Below are positions 9,398-20,300 of a stretch of DNA of 44,265 nt, piece after piece; positions within the stretch are counted from its first letter, which is position 1, and each line of letters begins with the position of its first letter. Source of the DNA: a virus. Taxonomy: Duplodnaviria > Caudoviricetes. The position numbers and the translations under genes were made by a program. The stretch covers positions 1 through 44,265 of the IMG/VR virus record IMGVR_UViG_3300020045_007806. One strand, given 5' to 3'. Under the pieces are notes generated by a model. The model searched no databases and was not told the origin of the DNA. It saw only the letters and a list, made by a program, of their open reading frames with translations.

Positions 9398-11185
9398 ATG
9401 GCTGATACGACTTTTGTAGATAATACAACCCCGACAGTAAATGCTGCATGGCTTAATGAAATTAATGACCATGTGCATAATGATAGCCCAATCTCTCCAG
9501 CAACTACTGTACATGGTAGTGATGTAATTGAATATACCCCTACAGATTCAGGGGCAATTGCTACAACTGTAGAAACTCAATTAAGCAAGGTCCGATATGC
9601 TACTAATTATAGTTTATCAGATTTTTTTACTGGAGCTAGCGATAATTATAATTTCCTGCCGGGGGGCACATATACTTTAACCTCCCTTCTCGATTTATCA
9701 GCGAATCCTTTAAGTAATTGTACCTTTCAAGGAGTGCCGGGAAAGACTAAGATTACTGGAAGCTTTGGATATGCTCTTATTCTTCTTGGGGCGCTTTCAA
9801 ATGTAAATTTCATTGATATTATCTTTGAAACAACTTATACAAATGCGACTCTAAGTGCTAATACCGCAGTTGTGTATCAAGGTGCTTCTGATTGTATTGA
9901 CGTTCATTTTACTCGCTGTAAATTCACCGCCCCAAATGCCAACACACAGGGGCTGGTGTTCTTCAACCGCACTCAAGCGGGCGGTTCGGAAACCTGTGTG
10001 ATTGACGGCCTCTGGATCGAGGATTGTGATTTCGAAGAGATTGGACAAACCGGTTGCACGATCATGAACCGGCAGACCACTTCGGATAAGTATCTTGCTG
10101 CAAGGCATATCTACTTCAACCGGAATCGAGGCAAGAATCTCGGACTGAACACCGACTTTGGTTTTCTTGTCAGTTTCGATGGTTATGGTTCATCTTTTGA
10201 ATGTGACAGTAACGAGATCAAAAATCCTTATATTAATGGGATTGAAAATACCCAATGGATCAATGGTTCGATTTCCTACAACATGTTCTCTGACTTCCAG
10301 CGTAAATCCCGTGCCATCGCGGTATCCAATGGAACGGTTGTTGTGACTGGTCTGACAGTTATCGGTAACAAATGTTTGGAACCTGCATCATTCTTCTCTG
10401 TCGCCAATTTTCTGGAGGACAGTTATTTTGCCGGTAATGTGTGGGACTTCGACGATGACCTTACTTTAGTCGCTACTGCGGATGAACAAGCATTCAGATT
10501 CGCCGACTGCAACAACAACGTCGTCAACGGGGACCAGTACATTTCGACTGGTGCCTATGCTCTCAGATTCACCCACACCACCGGGACATGTACCGGAAAC
10601 AGGCTGCGGGATATTGTCGCTGACAACAGCGCCTCGGCCGCGAATACGGCTACCGTCAATTTTGACGGGGCTTCCACGACCAACAACATTGTCGAAGGCA
10701 GGTTCGCCAAGGGTACTGGAGGGTCTCTCTGGACGCAGACCACGACAGCGGCAACCAACACCATTGGCGCCGACAAGATTGGAGCTTTTACACCTTCCGT
10801 TACCTTTGCCACACCGGGGGATGTTAGTTTGGCTTCCGTCTCCGCTGCTGGGACTTATTCCAGAGAAGGGAATAGAGTTACTACATCATTTGAATATCAG
10901 GCCGTCATCACCCATACCACAGCTTCAGGGGCGCTTAGGATTACCGGATTCCCCTATGCCGCCCTTGGGGCGACTCCGCTTGATTACGGAGCTCTTGGAG
11001 GGTTTCAGGGGATTACTAAGGCGAGTTACACCCAATTTATCCTTCGTTCGACCAATACACAGACCTACATGAACGTTGTTGCTTCTGGTTCTGGGCAAAC
11101 GGCGGCAGCAATTTCAACCGGGGACATCCCAACTGGTGGGACGTTGATCCTGAACGGCACTATTACTTATCTCATTTCGGAGTAA
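9398..11185 (+). CDS. Tail spike/fibre with beta-helix (possible depolymerase)
   Basis: N-terminal virion-anchor motif 'ADTTFVD...AAWLNEIN', many N/C-ladder beta-helix rungs, C-terminal beta-sandwich. Confidence 0.8.
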   Translation: MADTTFVDNTTPTVNAAWLNEINDHVHNDSPISPATTVHGSDVIEYTPTDSGAIATTVETQLSKVRYATNYSLSDFFTGASDNYNFLPGGTYTLTSLLDLSANPLSNCTFQGVPGKTKITGSFGYALILLGALSNVNFIDIIFETTYTNATLSANTAVVYQGASDCIDVHFTRCKFTAPNANTQGLVFFNRTQAGGSETCVIDGLWIEDCDFEEIGQTGCTIMNRQTTSDKYLAARHIYFNRNRGKNLGLNTDFGFLVSFDGYGSSFECDSNEIKNPYINGIENTQWINGSISYNMFSDFQRKSRAIAVSNGTVVVTGLTVIGNKCLEPASFFSVANFLEDSYFAGNVWDFDDDLTLVATADEQAFRFADCNNNVVNGDQYISTGAYALRFTHTTGTCTGNRLRDIVADNSASAANTATVNFDGASTTNNIVEGRFAKGTGGSLWTQTTTAATNTIGADKIGAFTPSVTFATPGDVSLASVSAAGTYSREGNRVTTSFEYQAVITHTTASGALRITGFPYAALGATPLDYGALGGFQGITKASYTQFILRSTNTQTYMNVVASGSGQTAAAISTGDIPTGGTLILNGTITYLISE

Positions 11186-11187
11186 TT

Positions 11188-11901
11188 ATGGCAACAAGCG
11201 GGAGTACAAACTATGCAACAAATAGAGACAATCTCATTAAAGCTGCTTTAAGAGCAGTTGGTGCGATTGCTCAAGGAGAGTCTCCTACTTCTGACCAAAC
11301 ATCCGAAGCTGCTGAAGCTCTCAATTTTATAATTAAAAATCTACAAGCAGATGGAATGCCACTATGGGCAATTAAGCAATATAGTGTTACTTTAACTGCT
11401 ACTAATGATTTTAATATTGGTGAAGGGCAGACAGTTAATACTCCTAAACCATTAAAAGTCATCCAAGCCATTCTTGTAAATTCGAGCACAAATGTTCGTA
11501 TTCCTATGAGGATCATAACTCGGGATGAATATAATCGTTTGGGGAACATCACGATTACCGGGCAACCTATTCAGATTTGGTATGAGCCTCTAAATACATA
11601 TGGGGTACTCCATGTCTTTCCAAAACCGGATAGTGCATCTATCTCTAATACAACTATCCTTTTAGTTTATCAACGTCCTTTTGAGGATTTTGATGGAGCG
11701 ACAGATGAACCTGACTTTCCCTCAGAATGGTTTGAGCCTCTCAAATGGCTGTTGGCAGACTCCCTTGCTCCTGAGTATGGTGTGGATATCAATGAGAGAC
11801 AAGATATCCTTAGAAGGGCTGTACAAGCGAAACAACAAGCTCTTTCTTTCGGAACAGAAGAGGGGAGTTTCAGTTTCCAAGCTGATATAAGGAATTGGTA
11901 A
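11188..11901 (+). CDS. Head-tail adaptor (P22 gp4-like)
   Basis: 'LIKAALRAVGAIAQGESPT', 'W.LADSLAPEYG'; lies before a gp10-like gene. Confidence 0.75.
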   Translation: MATSGSTNYATNRDNLIKAALRAVGAIAQGESPTSDQTSEAAEALNFIIKNLQADGMPLWAIKQYSVTLTATNDFNIGEGQTVNTPKPLKVIQAILVNSSTNVRIPMRIITRDEYNRLGNITITGQPIQIWYEPLNTYGVLHVFPKPDSASISNTTILLVYQRPFEDFDGATDEPDFPSEWFEPLKWLLADSLAPEYGVDINERQDILRRAVQAKQQALSFGTEEGSFSFQADIRNW

Positions 11902-13553
11902 TGGCAGTAAAACAGAAACAACAAGCACAGAAAACTTTTAGATTGCCTTTAATTGGCAGCCTTCAGAATAGGACAAACTCTGGGAGTAAAGACCCACGCT
12001 TCGTTAATTTTTATGCGGAGTCCTATGCAGAATCTTCAGAGAGCCTCCTTACTAGGAGTAAAAAGGTATATTTAATAAAGCGTCCCGGTACATCTTTAAC
12101 CTCTACCCTCACGGCTGCTGAGGGTAGGGGGATGTTCTATTGGGATGGTAATAATTATACAGTAGTTGGAGCAAAACTATATAAAGGAACAAATCTTTTA
12201 ATCACTCTTGCTACAACAACTGGGCATGTAGGTTTCACAGAAGCTACAGACAGCACTGGAGCCGTTCTCTTTGTGCATGACGGTACGAATGGATATGTGA
12301 TTACTAAGGCAGGAGCTTATACTCTTCTCCCCATGACTCTTTCTGCATGGGCAACTGGGACTGTCTATACGACTTCTAGTATGCGGATTCCTACAGTTGA
12401 TAATGGTTTCTATTACCAGCCTACTGTTGCAGGAACTTCGCATGCAGCTACAGAACCAATATGGCCTACAACGATCGGAGAGACGATTGTAGATAATACT
12501 GTTACATGGGAGTGCAAGGGCTATTATGATCCTCTTGGGATGCCTTTAAATGCCCTTCCTTATCCTGTATATATGGATGGGATGGTATTTCTTATTGCAG
12601 AACGTACAGATGGAACAAATAGCAGCTCAATCTTCAATAGCGACATTGATAACCCTCTTTCATGGGGGAGTACTAATTTCGTAGATGCTGAAATCTATCC
12701 TGATGATCTAGTTGTATTGGCTCGTCAGAATAATATGATTGTAGCTCTTGGGGCTAATAGCGGTGAGTTTCTTTATAACGCTGAACTAGAAGTTGGGAGC
12801 CCTCTTATAAGAAATGAATCTCTCACGTTACAAGTGGGATGTTGTGCAGCTAATACTGTTGCCCAACAAGAAAGGTTCTGTGTATTTGTTGGGGTTAGTG
12901 AAGTAGGAGGAAGAGCAGTTTGGCTCTTAGATGGATTTGCTCCAAAGAAGATTTCTGATGAATATATTGAGAGGATAATTGATGCTGAAACCACTTCAAT
13001 TTCTTCTGCAACAGGTTATCTCTTAAGAACAAACGGCCACTTCTTTTATGTTCTGAATTTAACAAGCCAAGGAAGAACTCTTGTATATGATTTAGAAGAA
13101 GAGCTCTGGCACGAATGGAGTAGCAATAGCAGTAGTACCCATGCAATCTTTAATGGAATATATGCTTCTGCTCCTACTAATGGAAAGTCTCTTATTCTTG
13201 GCAGAACTGATGGGAAAGTTTATACACTTGATCCGGGGGTTTATCAGGATAATAGCGTAGCAATTCTAGCAGAAGCTATTACAACTAAGTATGACTTTGA
13301 GACGATGAATCGTAAGTTTATGTCCAATCTTAATATTGTTGGAGACCTCCTTTCTGGGGAATCTGTAACAGTGCGGTGGACGGATGATGATTACGCTACA
13401 TGGTCTAATTGGAAAACTCTTTCACTCACTTCTTTGCCGGGATTCAATAGGCTAGGGGCTTTTAGACGCAGAGCATTTGATATTCTCTATACAGGTAATT
13501 TTGCTTACCGAATGGAAGCGATTGAAGTGGATGTAACTCTAGGAACACACTAA
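11901..13553 (+). CDS. Tail hub / packaged-DNA stabilization protein (P22 gp10-like)
   Basis: Beta-propeller-like; 'KRPG', 'AEIYPDDLV', 'TLVYDL..LWHEW', 'RLGAFRRRAF'; ATG at 11901 coupled via TAATG. Confidence 0.8.
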   Translation: MAVKQKQQAQKTFRLPLIGSLQNRTNSGSKDPRFVNFYAESYAESSESLLTRSKKVYLIKRPGTSLTSTLTAAEGRGMFYWDGNNYTVVGAKLYKGTNLLITLATTTGHVGFTEATDSTGAVLFVHDGTNGYVITKAGAYTLLPMTLSAWATGTVYTTSSMRIPTVDNGFYYQPTVAGTSHAATEPIWPTTIGETIVDNTVTWECKGYYDPLGMPLNALPYPVYMDGMVFLIAERTDGTNSSSIFNSDIDNPLSWGSTNFVDAEIYPDDLVVLARQNNMIVALGANSGEFLYNAELEVGSPLIRNESLTLQVGCCAANTVAQQERFCVFVGVSEVGGRAVWLLDGFAPKKISDEYIERIIDAETTSISSATGYLLRTNGHFFYVLNLTSQGRTLVYDLEEELWHEWSSNSSSTHAIFNGIYASAPTNGKSLILGRTDGKVYTLDPGVYQDNSVAILAEAITTKYDFETMNRKFMSNLNIVGDLLSGESVTVRWTDDDYATWSNWKTLSLTSLPGFNRLGAFRRRAFDILYTGNFAYRMEAIEVDVTLGTH

Positions 13554-13912
13554 TGGCGATTAATCTTCCTCCCCCTCCTCTTCCGAATAAGGATATGAAT
13601 ACGTATCCTTGGAGGGATTGGTTCAGAAAAGTAAGAGATATGCTGCATCAAACAGGGAGTATTGCTTGGAGTTTATTAGATTTTACTGGATCGAATCTTA
13701 CTGATATTGAGACACGAAATCATAACGACTTACAGAGTAAGCAAGGTGGGACTACAAATGAATTCTACCATCTAACCTCTAGTGAATATTCTGTACTTGC
13801 ACCTGAAAGTGCAAGCAGAAACATAGCAACAAGAGTGTTTAATAAGCCCCCTGTTATGGTTCATCTAGGGAATAGCCAGTCAATTCTGGAAAATAAAATA
13901 TTTGGTGATTAA
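13553..13912 (+). CDS. Tail-associated protein
   Basis: 'LPPPP..W.DWF' N-terminus and 'HNDLQSKQGG...YHLT' motif; position after the gp10-like gene. Confidence 0.6.
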   Translation: MAINLPPPPLPNKDMNTYPWRDWFRKVRDMLHQTGSIAWSLLDFTGSNLTDIETRNHNDLQSKQGGTTNEFYHLTSSEYSVLAPESASRNIATRVFNKPPVMVHLGNSQSILENKIFGD

Positions 13913-14269
13913 ATGGCAACTTACTCTCGCATCCTTCTTTCAGGCTCTACTAATGGAAGGGCCATTCCAGTAGCAGCTACGGCAACTCCGGGGACAGCTA
14001 TACATACGGCTGTCTCTGGAACGAGCTCTTTTGATGAAGTGTATCTTTGGGCTTCAAATGTAACTACTGCCACTGCAACCCTTACTATTGAATGGGGTGG
14101 TGTAACTGATCCGGGGGATCATGGTGTAAAAGCTATTTCGATTCCTGCTAATTCTCCTCCTATCCCGATTATGACTGGGCAGGTATTGAATAATGGACTT
14201 CTTGTAAAAGCATTCAGTGGTACTGCTAGTGCAATCAATATTACTGGCTACGTTAATAGGATAGTTTAA
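13913..14269 (+). CDS. Putative virion protein
   Basis: Beta-rich 118 aa, tightly packed in the operon. Confidence 0.7.
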   Translation: MATYSRILLSGSTNGRAIPVAATATPGTAIHTAVSGTSSFDEVYLWASNVTTATATLTIEWGGVTDPGDHGVKAISIPANSPPIPIMTGQVLNNGLLVKAFSGTASAINITGYVNRIV

Positions 14270-14949
14270 TGCACATACTCCCTACAATTCTCCCTTTTCT
14301 TAGGGTGATAAAAAATCTCTTTGTTGGAGATAATCTTGTTCTCCCTAAGACAAGTGGGAAGGGGATACAAGTAGATGTAGATGCTCCTACATTTGGCTGG
14401 CGTGATCTTGAAGGAAGAATTGTCTATCGTGATGTTGGTGTAGGATCGCCCACTTTAGCGACGTTCCAAGGGAATATTCGAGGTCTTAATTTTGCAGCCG
14501 GTGATGATTATGATTTATATTATCATATTCCACATGATTTTTTACCCAATAGCGATATGTTTATCCATTTACATTGGGCGCATAACGGGACGGATATTTC
14601 AGGAAGTCTTGTAGTTAATTACTATGTAACATATGCTAAAGGGCACTATCAAGCTGTATATCCGGCTGAAAAGAATATTACACAAACTGTTGGCAGTTTA
14701 GCAATTGGGAGCCATGCTCAATATGGGCATTTTCTTGATGAAGTACAGCTCTCCACATCAGGAGGTAGTGCAACGCTTCTTGATTCAACTTTGATTGAGC
14801 CTGATGGGTTGATAAAAATACATTTTGATGTAACAACCATTCCGACAATAACAGGTGGGTCTACAAAGCCATTTATTGATTATGTGGATATCCACATACA
14901 ATCCACAGGAATTGGAACAAAACAAAAAGCTCCTAGCTTCTACACTTAA
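14269..14949 (+). CDS. Putative virion protein
   Basis: 226 aa, TAATG-coupled. Confidence 0.7.
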   Translation: MHILPTILPFLRVIKNLFVGDNLVLPKTSGKGIQVDVDAPTFGWRDLEGRIVYRDVGVGSPTLATFQGNIRGLNFAAGDDYDLYYHIPHDFLPNSDMFIHLHWAHNGTDISGSLVVNYYVTYAKGHYQAVYPAEKNITQTVGSLAIGSHAQYGHFLDEVQLSTSGGSATLLDSTLIEPDGLIKIHFDVTTIPTITGGSTKPFIDYVDIHIQSTGIGTKQKAPSFYT

Positions 14950-14957
14950 GGAAAATT

Positions 14958-16433
14958 ATGGCAACTTTTAATAGTCAAGATGCTATCCGCAATTGGGTGA
15001 ATCTTACAGCAGAGCCGGGGCAAGCAGATTGGTTCAATACACAGGATTTTGCAAATCCTAGCCCTACCTCATTAGGGCAAATAGCTTTTGGCCCTGCTGC
15101 TACAAGGGACAGCGGGATTGGGAGCATGGCTTTAAATTCAACTCTCAGGGATTTAGCTGGTAATCAAGCTGGATATAATAGAGTTGCTACTCCGTCTCCT
15201 TATAATCCAAATGGGAGTTGGCAGACCCAAAGCCAAAATGCTGGTGAGTATATGGATGTTCTCAACAGTATGACGGGGTTGCTTGGTCCCAGTGGTGGAG
15301 CAATTACACCGGGGACCCTGTCCCCTTCTTCTACAAACCTCTGGGTGCCGAAAGAACAATATGGGAGACTCCCTAATTTAATCCCAGTTGAAGAGCCTAA
15401 GTCGCCTAGTGGATTTGTAGGATTTAGGGATTTCTTGGAATCAGTTGGAGTTATGGGAGGTAATTTTCTCCTCCCCGGTTCTAGTCTTTTAACTAGTAAT
15501 CTTGTTAGTCAAGGTGCTCAAGAGAATCTTGCTGATCCTCTTTTTGGAGCAGCTAATCTGATGGCAGGGGGTGCTGGGGGATTAGCAAAAAATATCTCTA
15601 ACTATGGAAAACTCGCTAACCTTTTCCCCGGTGGCAGTTCTTTAACTGAAGGTATTAATAACCTGACTAGCGGGATTAGCGATGCTGCAAAGAATATATT
15701 TGGGGGAACCAATGCTCTAGCTGAAGCTGGCTCTTTAGGAGAAACTGCTTCTGAACTGCCTTCAAATGCTTTCTATGGACCTGATGGAGAAATACTATAT
15801 GATGCTGCAACTAACACTTCTGGAGGACTTGGATCAACTATGAATTCTGCGGATTGGTTTAATAGTCCTGTTGGGATTGCTGCGAATAGCACAAATGCAG
15901 CTAGAGAGGGGATGACTGCTGGAGCTGGAGGACTCTCTCAATTATTTAGTAATCCTACATTAACACAAGCGGGACAGCTTATTGGGGGGTTGTACGGAGC
16001 TAGCCAGAATAGGGATATAGCAGATCAACTCCAGCAACAAGGAGAGGCAATGGACCCTTTTAGGTCTCAACGCCCTCAATATCAAAATTTGCTTTCTCAA
16101 AGTTATTCTGATCCTTTTAGTGCTCCTGAATTTAGCAAACTTGCAGCTCTTTATACCCAGCAAATAATGAGGAAGATGGCTGGTAAAGGACTTCGTGGGA
16201 ATCCGATGCAAATCTATGCAGGTCTTCAAGATCAGATGACGGGACACCTCGATAAATATCGGGAGAGTCTAATGGCCCCTTCTGGAGCCAATCTCGGAGC
16301 AGGAGCAGGAGCTAATCTTTTTGGTGAAGCCGCTAATCGAAGAAGCAATTCTAATCTTGATTTGATGTATGGCCTCTCTACAATCTTCCAACCCGGAGGA
16401 GTTCTTTCTTCTCTCGGTTCTCTTTTTGGATAA
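14958..16433 (+). CDS. Putative DNA ejection/pilot protein
   Basis: G/A/S-rich; 'DPFRSQRPQYQNLL' resembles pilot proteins; syntenic position. Confidence 0.6.
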   Translation: MATFNSQDAIRNWVNLTAEPGQADWFNTQDFANPSPTSLGQIAFGPAATRDSGIGSMALNSTLRDLAGNQAGYNRVATPSPYNPNGSWQTQSQNAGEYMDVLNSMTGLLGPSGGAITPGTLSPSSTNLWVPKEQYGRLPNLIPVEEPKSPSGFVGFRDFLESVGVMGGNFLLPGSSLLTSNLVSQGAQENLADPLFGAANLMAGGAGGLAKNISNYGKLANLFPGGSSLTEGINNLTSGISDAAKNIFGGTNALAEAGSLGETASELPSNAFYGPDGEILYDAATNTSGGLGSTMNSADWFNSPVGIAANSTNAAREGMTAGAGGLSQLFSNPTLTQAGQLIGGLYGASQNRDIADQLQQQGEAMDPFRSQRPQYQNLLSQSYSDPFSAPEFSKLAALYTQQIMRKMAGKGLRGNPMQIYAGLQDQMTGHLDKYRESLMAPSGANLGAGAGANLFGEAANRRSNSNLDLMYGLSTIFQPGGVLSSLGSLFG

Positions 16434-16439
16434 AATAAT

Positions 16440-17324
16440 ATGCCTAATTTCATGAATTATCCCGGCACTCAGAATCCACAACTTACTGGGGGACTTGCGG
16501 GAATGATGATGGGCTTGCAGCGGCCTCAAGTAGATGCTGCTAATCAATTGCAGAATGAATTAGCGAGAGCTCAGATGGAGCAGGCTATTGCACAAACTGA
16601 GAATTATAGGGCATTAGCTGCTAATCAACCTACAGGACAAGAGCGTTTTGCTGAGAAGATTGCTAAAGCTAAGGATTTAGAAACCCGTCAAAAAGGACGA
16701 GAAGAAGTAGATATTCTTACTGGGCTCTCCCAGATTGCAGGGAAGCAAAATATAGCCCCTATAATAGATAATCTTATTGCTGCTAAAAAACTCTCTCCTA
16801 GAACACTTTCTATTTTAAACCCTGCTCCTAATATTCCTAATTACACTGTTGATGCTTTAAATGCAGCAAGAGAAAGTTTAATAGCAACTGATCCAGAATA
16901 TAATAAAGTTTTAACTACTGGTATGAAGACTGCCTCCCAAGAGAAAATTGCTACAGGAAAGAATACTGCGAGGGCTGAAGCATTTAAGATGTTAGGGCAA
17001 AATAGGATTGATGTTCAAAAGCTTAAGAATGGAATAGCTGGTATTCTAAGAACTAATCCTGCTAATATAGCTATTCATAAGGCTGCACAGATTACGGCTG
17101 TTAATAATACTACTACTCGTGCGTTAATGAAAGCTAATGAACTTGGAGATGAAGAGGAACGTGCTGCTCTGATAAAAGAAATATTAGCAGAAGCTGAGAA
17201 GAAGAAACAAGAAATTAATAGTATTTATGGAGCTCTCTCTTCTCAAGGAGGTGCTCCTGCTACTCCTGCTCCTGCTCCAGCACCTTCTAAACCTTCCCTC
17301 CCTAAAGGATGGACAATTAAATAA
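16440..17324 (+). CDS. Putative ejection/internal virion protein
   Basis: Helical, A/Q-rich, PAPAP linker and 'LPKGWTIK' end. Confidence 0.6.
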   Translation: MPNFMNYPGTQNPQLTGGLAGMMMGLQRPQVDAANQLQNELARAQMEQAIAQTENYRALAANQPTGQERFAEKIAKAKDLETRQKGREEVDILTGLSQIAGKQNIAPIIDNLIAAKKLSPRTLSILNPAPNIPNYTVDALNAARESLIATDPEYNKVLTTGMKTASQEKIATGKNTARAEAFKMLGQNRIDVQKLKNGIAGILRTNPANIAIHKAAQITAVNNTTTRALMKANELGDEEERAALIKEILAEAEKKKQEINSIYGALSSQGGAPATPAPAPAPSKPSLPKGWTIK

Positions 17325-20300
17325 TGGCAACTTATTCGTATAACGGTTATGATTTTGATGTAGATCATGATCCTACCCCGGAAGAATTTCAGCAAATGTC
17401 TGCTTATGTGGATTCTCTTCCTCCGAAAGAAGGGAATGATATAGACGAGAAATTCTCCCAAATCGGAGAGGGTATTGTACAAGCTGGAAAGAATGCCTTT
17501 GGTGGCATCGAGTCTGCTGCCCGTATGATTCCTAATATGATTGGGCAAGCTCCGGGTATTGCGGATATGGTTGCTAAAGCTTATATCTCTTTAGCTGGTG
17601 GGAGCCCTCAAGTTCAAGAAGAAGCTCAAAGAGAACTCGCTGCAACCCCTACCCCTACAGCCCATATTCCTCCGCTCACTGAAGCAGGGGGAGTTGCTGA
17701 TGAAATGGTGGGACAGGGCTTCTCCCTTGCTGGGAGAACTCCGGGTGCTCTTTTTGATGCGTTGAGAGATTCCCCTACTTTAGCTACTTATAAAAAGAAA
17801 GTACAAGAACAGGTTGATAATCCTAATGCGGCTGGTGCTAATACAACTGAAGCTCTTCTTGCACTCGCAACATTAAAAGCCGCAACTCGTGCTCTCCCTA
17901 AACAAGCAGCTAGCATTGGGCAGTTTGCTAAAAACCCTTTAGGAAGGAAAGCTGTAGCAAATCAAGAGGCTGCTGAATATGCTCAAGTTAAAGCTGCTAA
18001 GGCTGCTGAAGCCACGAGAGTTGCTGAAGCTACTAAGAATGCTAATTTAAATGATCCAAATGCTCAAAGGGGCTTCTTTGACGAAGGGGAACAACTCTCC
18101 CAAGCTAGGATTGAGCAGAGTATAAGGGAACAGCAACAACAAGCTAGAAGCGAGTATGAGGGGGCAATAGCAGATCAGACTCCAAGAGAACAAGCTAGTC
18201 TTTTTGGACAACCAAAAGATGTAGCTCCTGAAAGCCCTTATGCACCCTTGTTAGATACAGAGGGTGGGGCCTCTGTTCGTAATCGTTTTGAGGCCCCCAT
18301 AGGAGAGCAAGGAATTGATTTCTATAGGAATCTGGATCAAACAGAAATCCCCTTTCAAGGGGAACAGCCAGTTTTTGACCCTTCTACTACTAAAACAGAG
18401 CCCATTTCTTCTCCGAATGCAGAAGCAGTTAGAGATTTTAGAAGAAACTTATATAGGGAAAAGGGAATTGAGTATGCCCCTGAAGAGCCGAAAGGTCAAT
18501 TGGGTTTTGATTTCTCAGGTTCTAAACTAGGAGGTGTAGGGAAGAAGCAAGGGGGAGCAATAGATTTTAATTTTAGAAAACTCCCTTCTCCTAAAGATTA
18601 CGATACAATATCAGATAAATATCTTGAAGAGGCAAAAATATTTGGGGAAACAAGAACGAATGCAACCCCTACACATCAAGAATCATTAGATGCAGCAAAA
18701 CGGTTTTCTAAAACCCCTCTATTTGGTAAATCCCAAAAGGGCTCTATAGGCTTTAATAAGAAGCCTCCTTCTTTTGAGGAATACTCCAAGAACCTTGAAA
18801 AAGCAATTGGAGAGGTTCCTGATCCTGAAATTGCTAGAGAGATGTATCTAAAAAAGCATGGAGCAGCCCTTACAGATGCTAAAGTTGATGAACAAGCTAA
18901 AACTAAAGCTATAGGAGCAATACCGGGATTACAGCAATTTAAGGAGCATAAATATACTCCCCCTAATCAAGCTGAAATCTTTGGAACTCCTATTGCAACA
19001 AGGGCTTATGATGTTCATCCTCAATTTGGACAAGCCCTCCAAGGGCTAGAACAAGGAATTCGTAAACTTGTTTATAAGAGAATCTCTGGTTCAGAAGATT
19101 TCCTTCTAGGGGTGAGCAGGTCTGATAAGCCTATTAAAGCACAGTTAACAGATAACCTTCTCGATAATGATTATGCAGCAATAGATAAAGTTATAGCCAA
19201 TGCTCCTAAGATGAAAGCTTCTTGGGAGAGATTCAAGAAGGATGTGAAAGAAGTGGGGGATCAATTAGTAGAAGTTGGCCTTCTTGAGCCGGGGCAATTA
19301 AGAAAGAACTATATCCCCTTGATTGTAAAAGATCATAAGGGGCTTCTTGATGCCATTGGTGTTGAAAAGAAAGCAGCTCTTACCAAACTCCTTGAAGATG
19401 CAGCTATTGATGCAAAACGTCGTGGAGAGGCTTTCACCAATGTAGAAGCTAGTGAAGTTATCAATAAATTTCTTAGAGGGAGACCACAAGGAAGCAAACC
19501 GGGATTTACTAAGCAGCGAGTATTTAAAGAGATACCTGAAGAACTAAAGAAATTCTATGCATCCCCTACAGAAACGATTCATACTTATTTTGAAAGGGCT
19601 ACTGAGAAGATTGAAACAGCCAAGTTCTTTGGAAAAAATCTTGTTAAAGATGCTGAAACTGGTAAGATTGATGTTAATAAGTCTATCGGTGCTAAGAGTG
19701 CTGAATTAATTGCAGATGGAAAGATTGATCCTTTAGCTTATGACGAGATGCATGCTATTCTTAGAGCTAGATTTGAAGGGGGGAATAGGGCAAGTATGTC
19801 TGGGCTTCAAACCCTCAGAGACCTTACTCACTTAACAGTTCTCACTGACATAGCTAATACTGTTACACAGTTTGGTGATATAAAAGCTCCTCTTCTTCTT
19901 GCAGGTCCTCTCCCTACTCTTCAAGCAATCTATATGGTAGCAAGGGGAAAGAATGTAGGGAAACACATTTCTGCAAAGGAACTTGGGCTTTTAAACCATA
20001 TCTCTGAAGACTTTGCTGGACAGAAAGGAACTACAAGAGCTGTTCGTGCATCATTCAAAGCTAATTTCCTCTCCCATGTCGATGCTGGTGTGAAGAATAT
20101 TAATCTTGTAGCAAATAGGATTAAAAGGGAAGCTGAAATAGGAGATGTAAATAGCCGACTTTATAAAGTTTATGGGCCTAGGTTTGGAGATAGATTTCCT
20201 CAATTATTGGAGGATTTGAAAAAGGAAGAACCTACTCCTTTAACTGATGAACTTCTTTGGTCTGAGTTGAGAGAGAGCCAACCTATTAGTAAATCAGAAT

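Noticed and set aside
10482-11072. 196-aa alternative-frame ORF in the tail spike
   Set aside because: P/T/S/R-rich shadow of a GC-richer segment; no slippery site or SD noticed.
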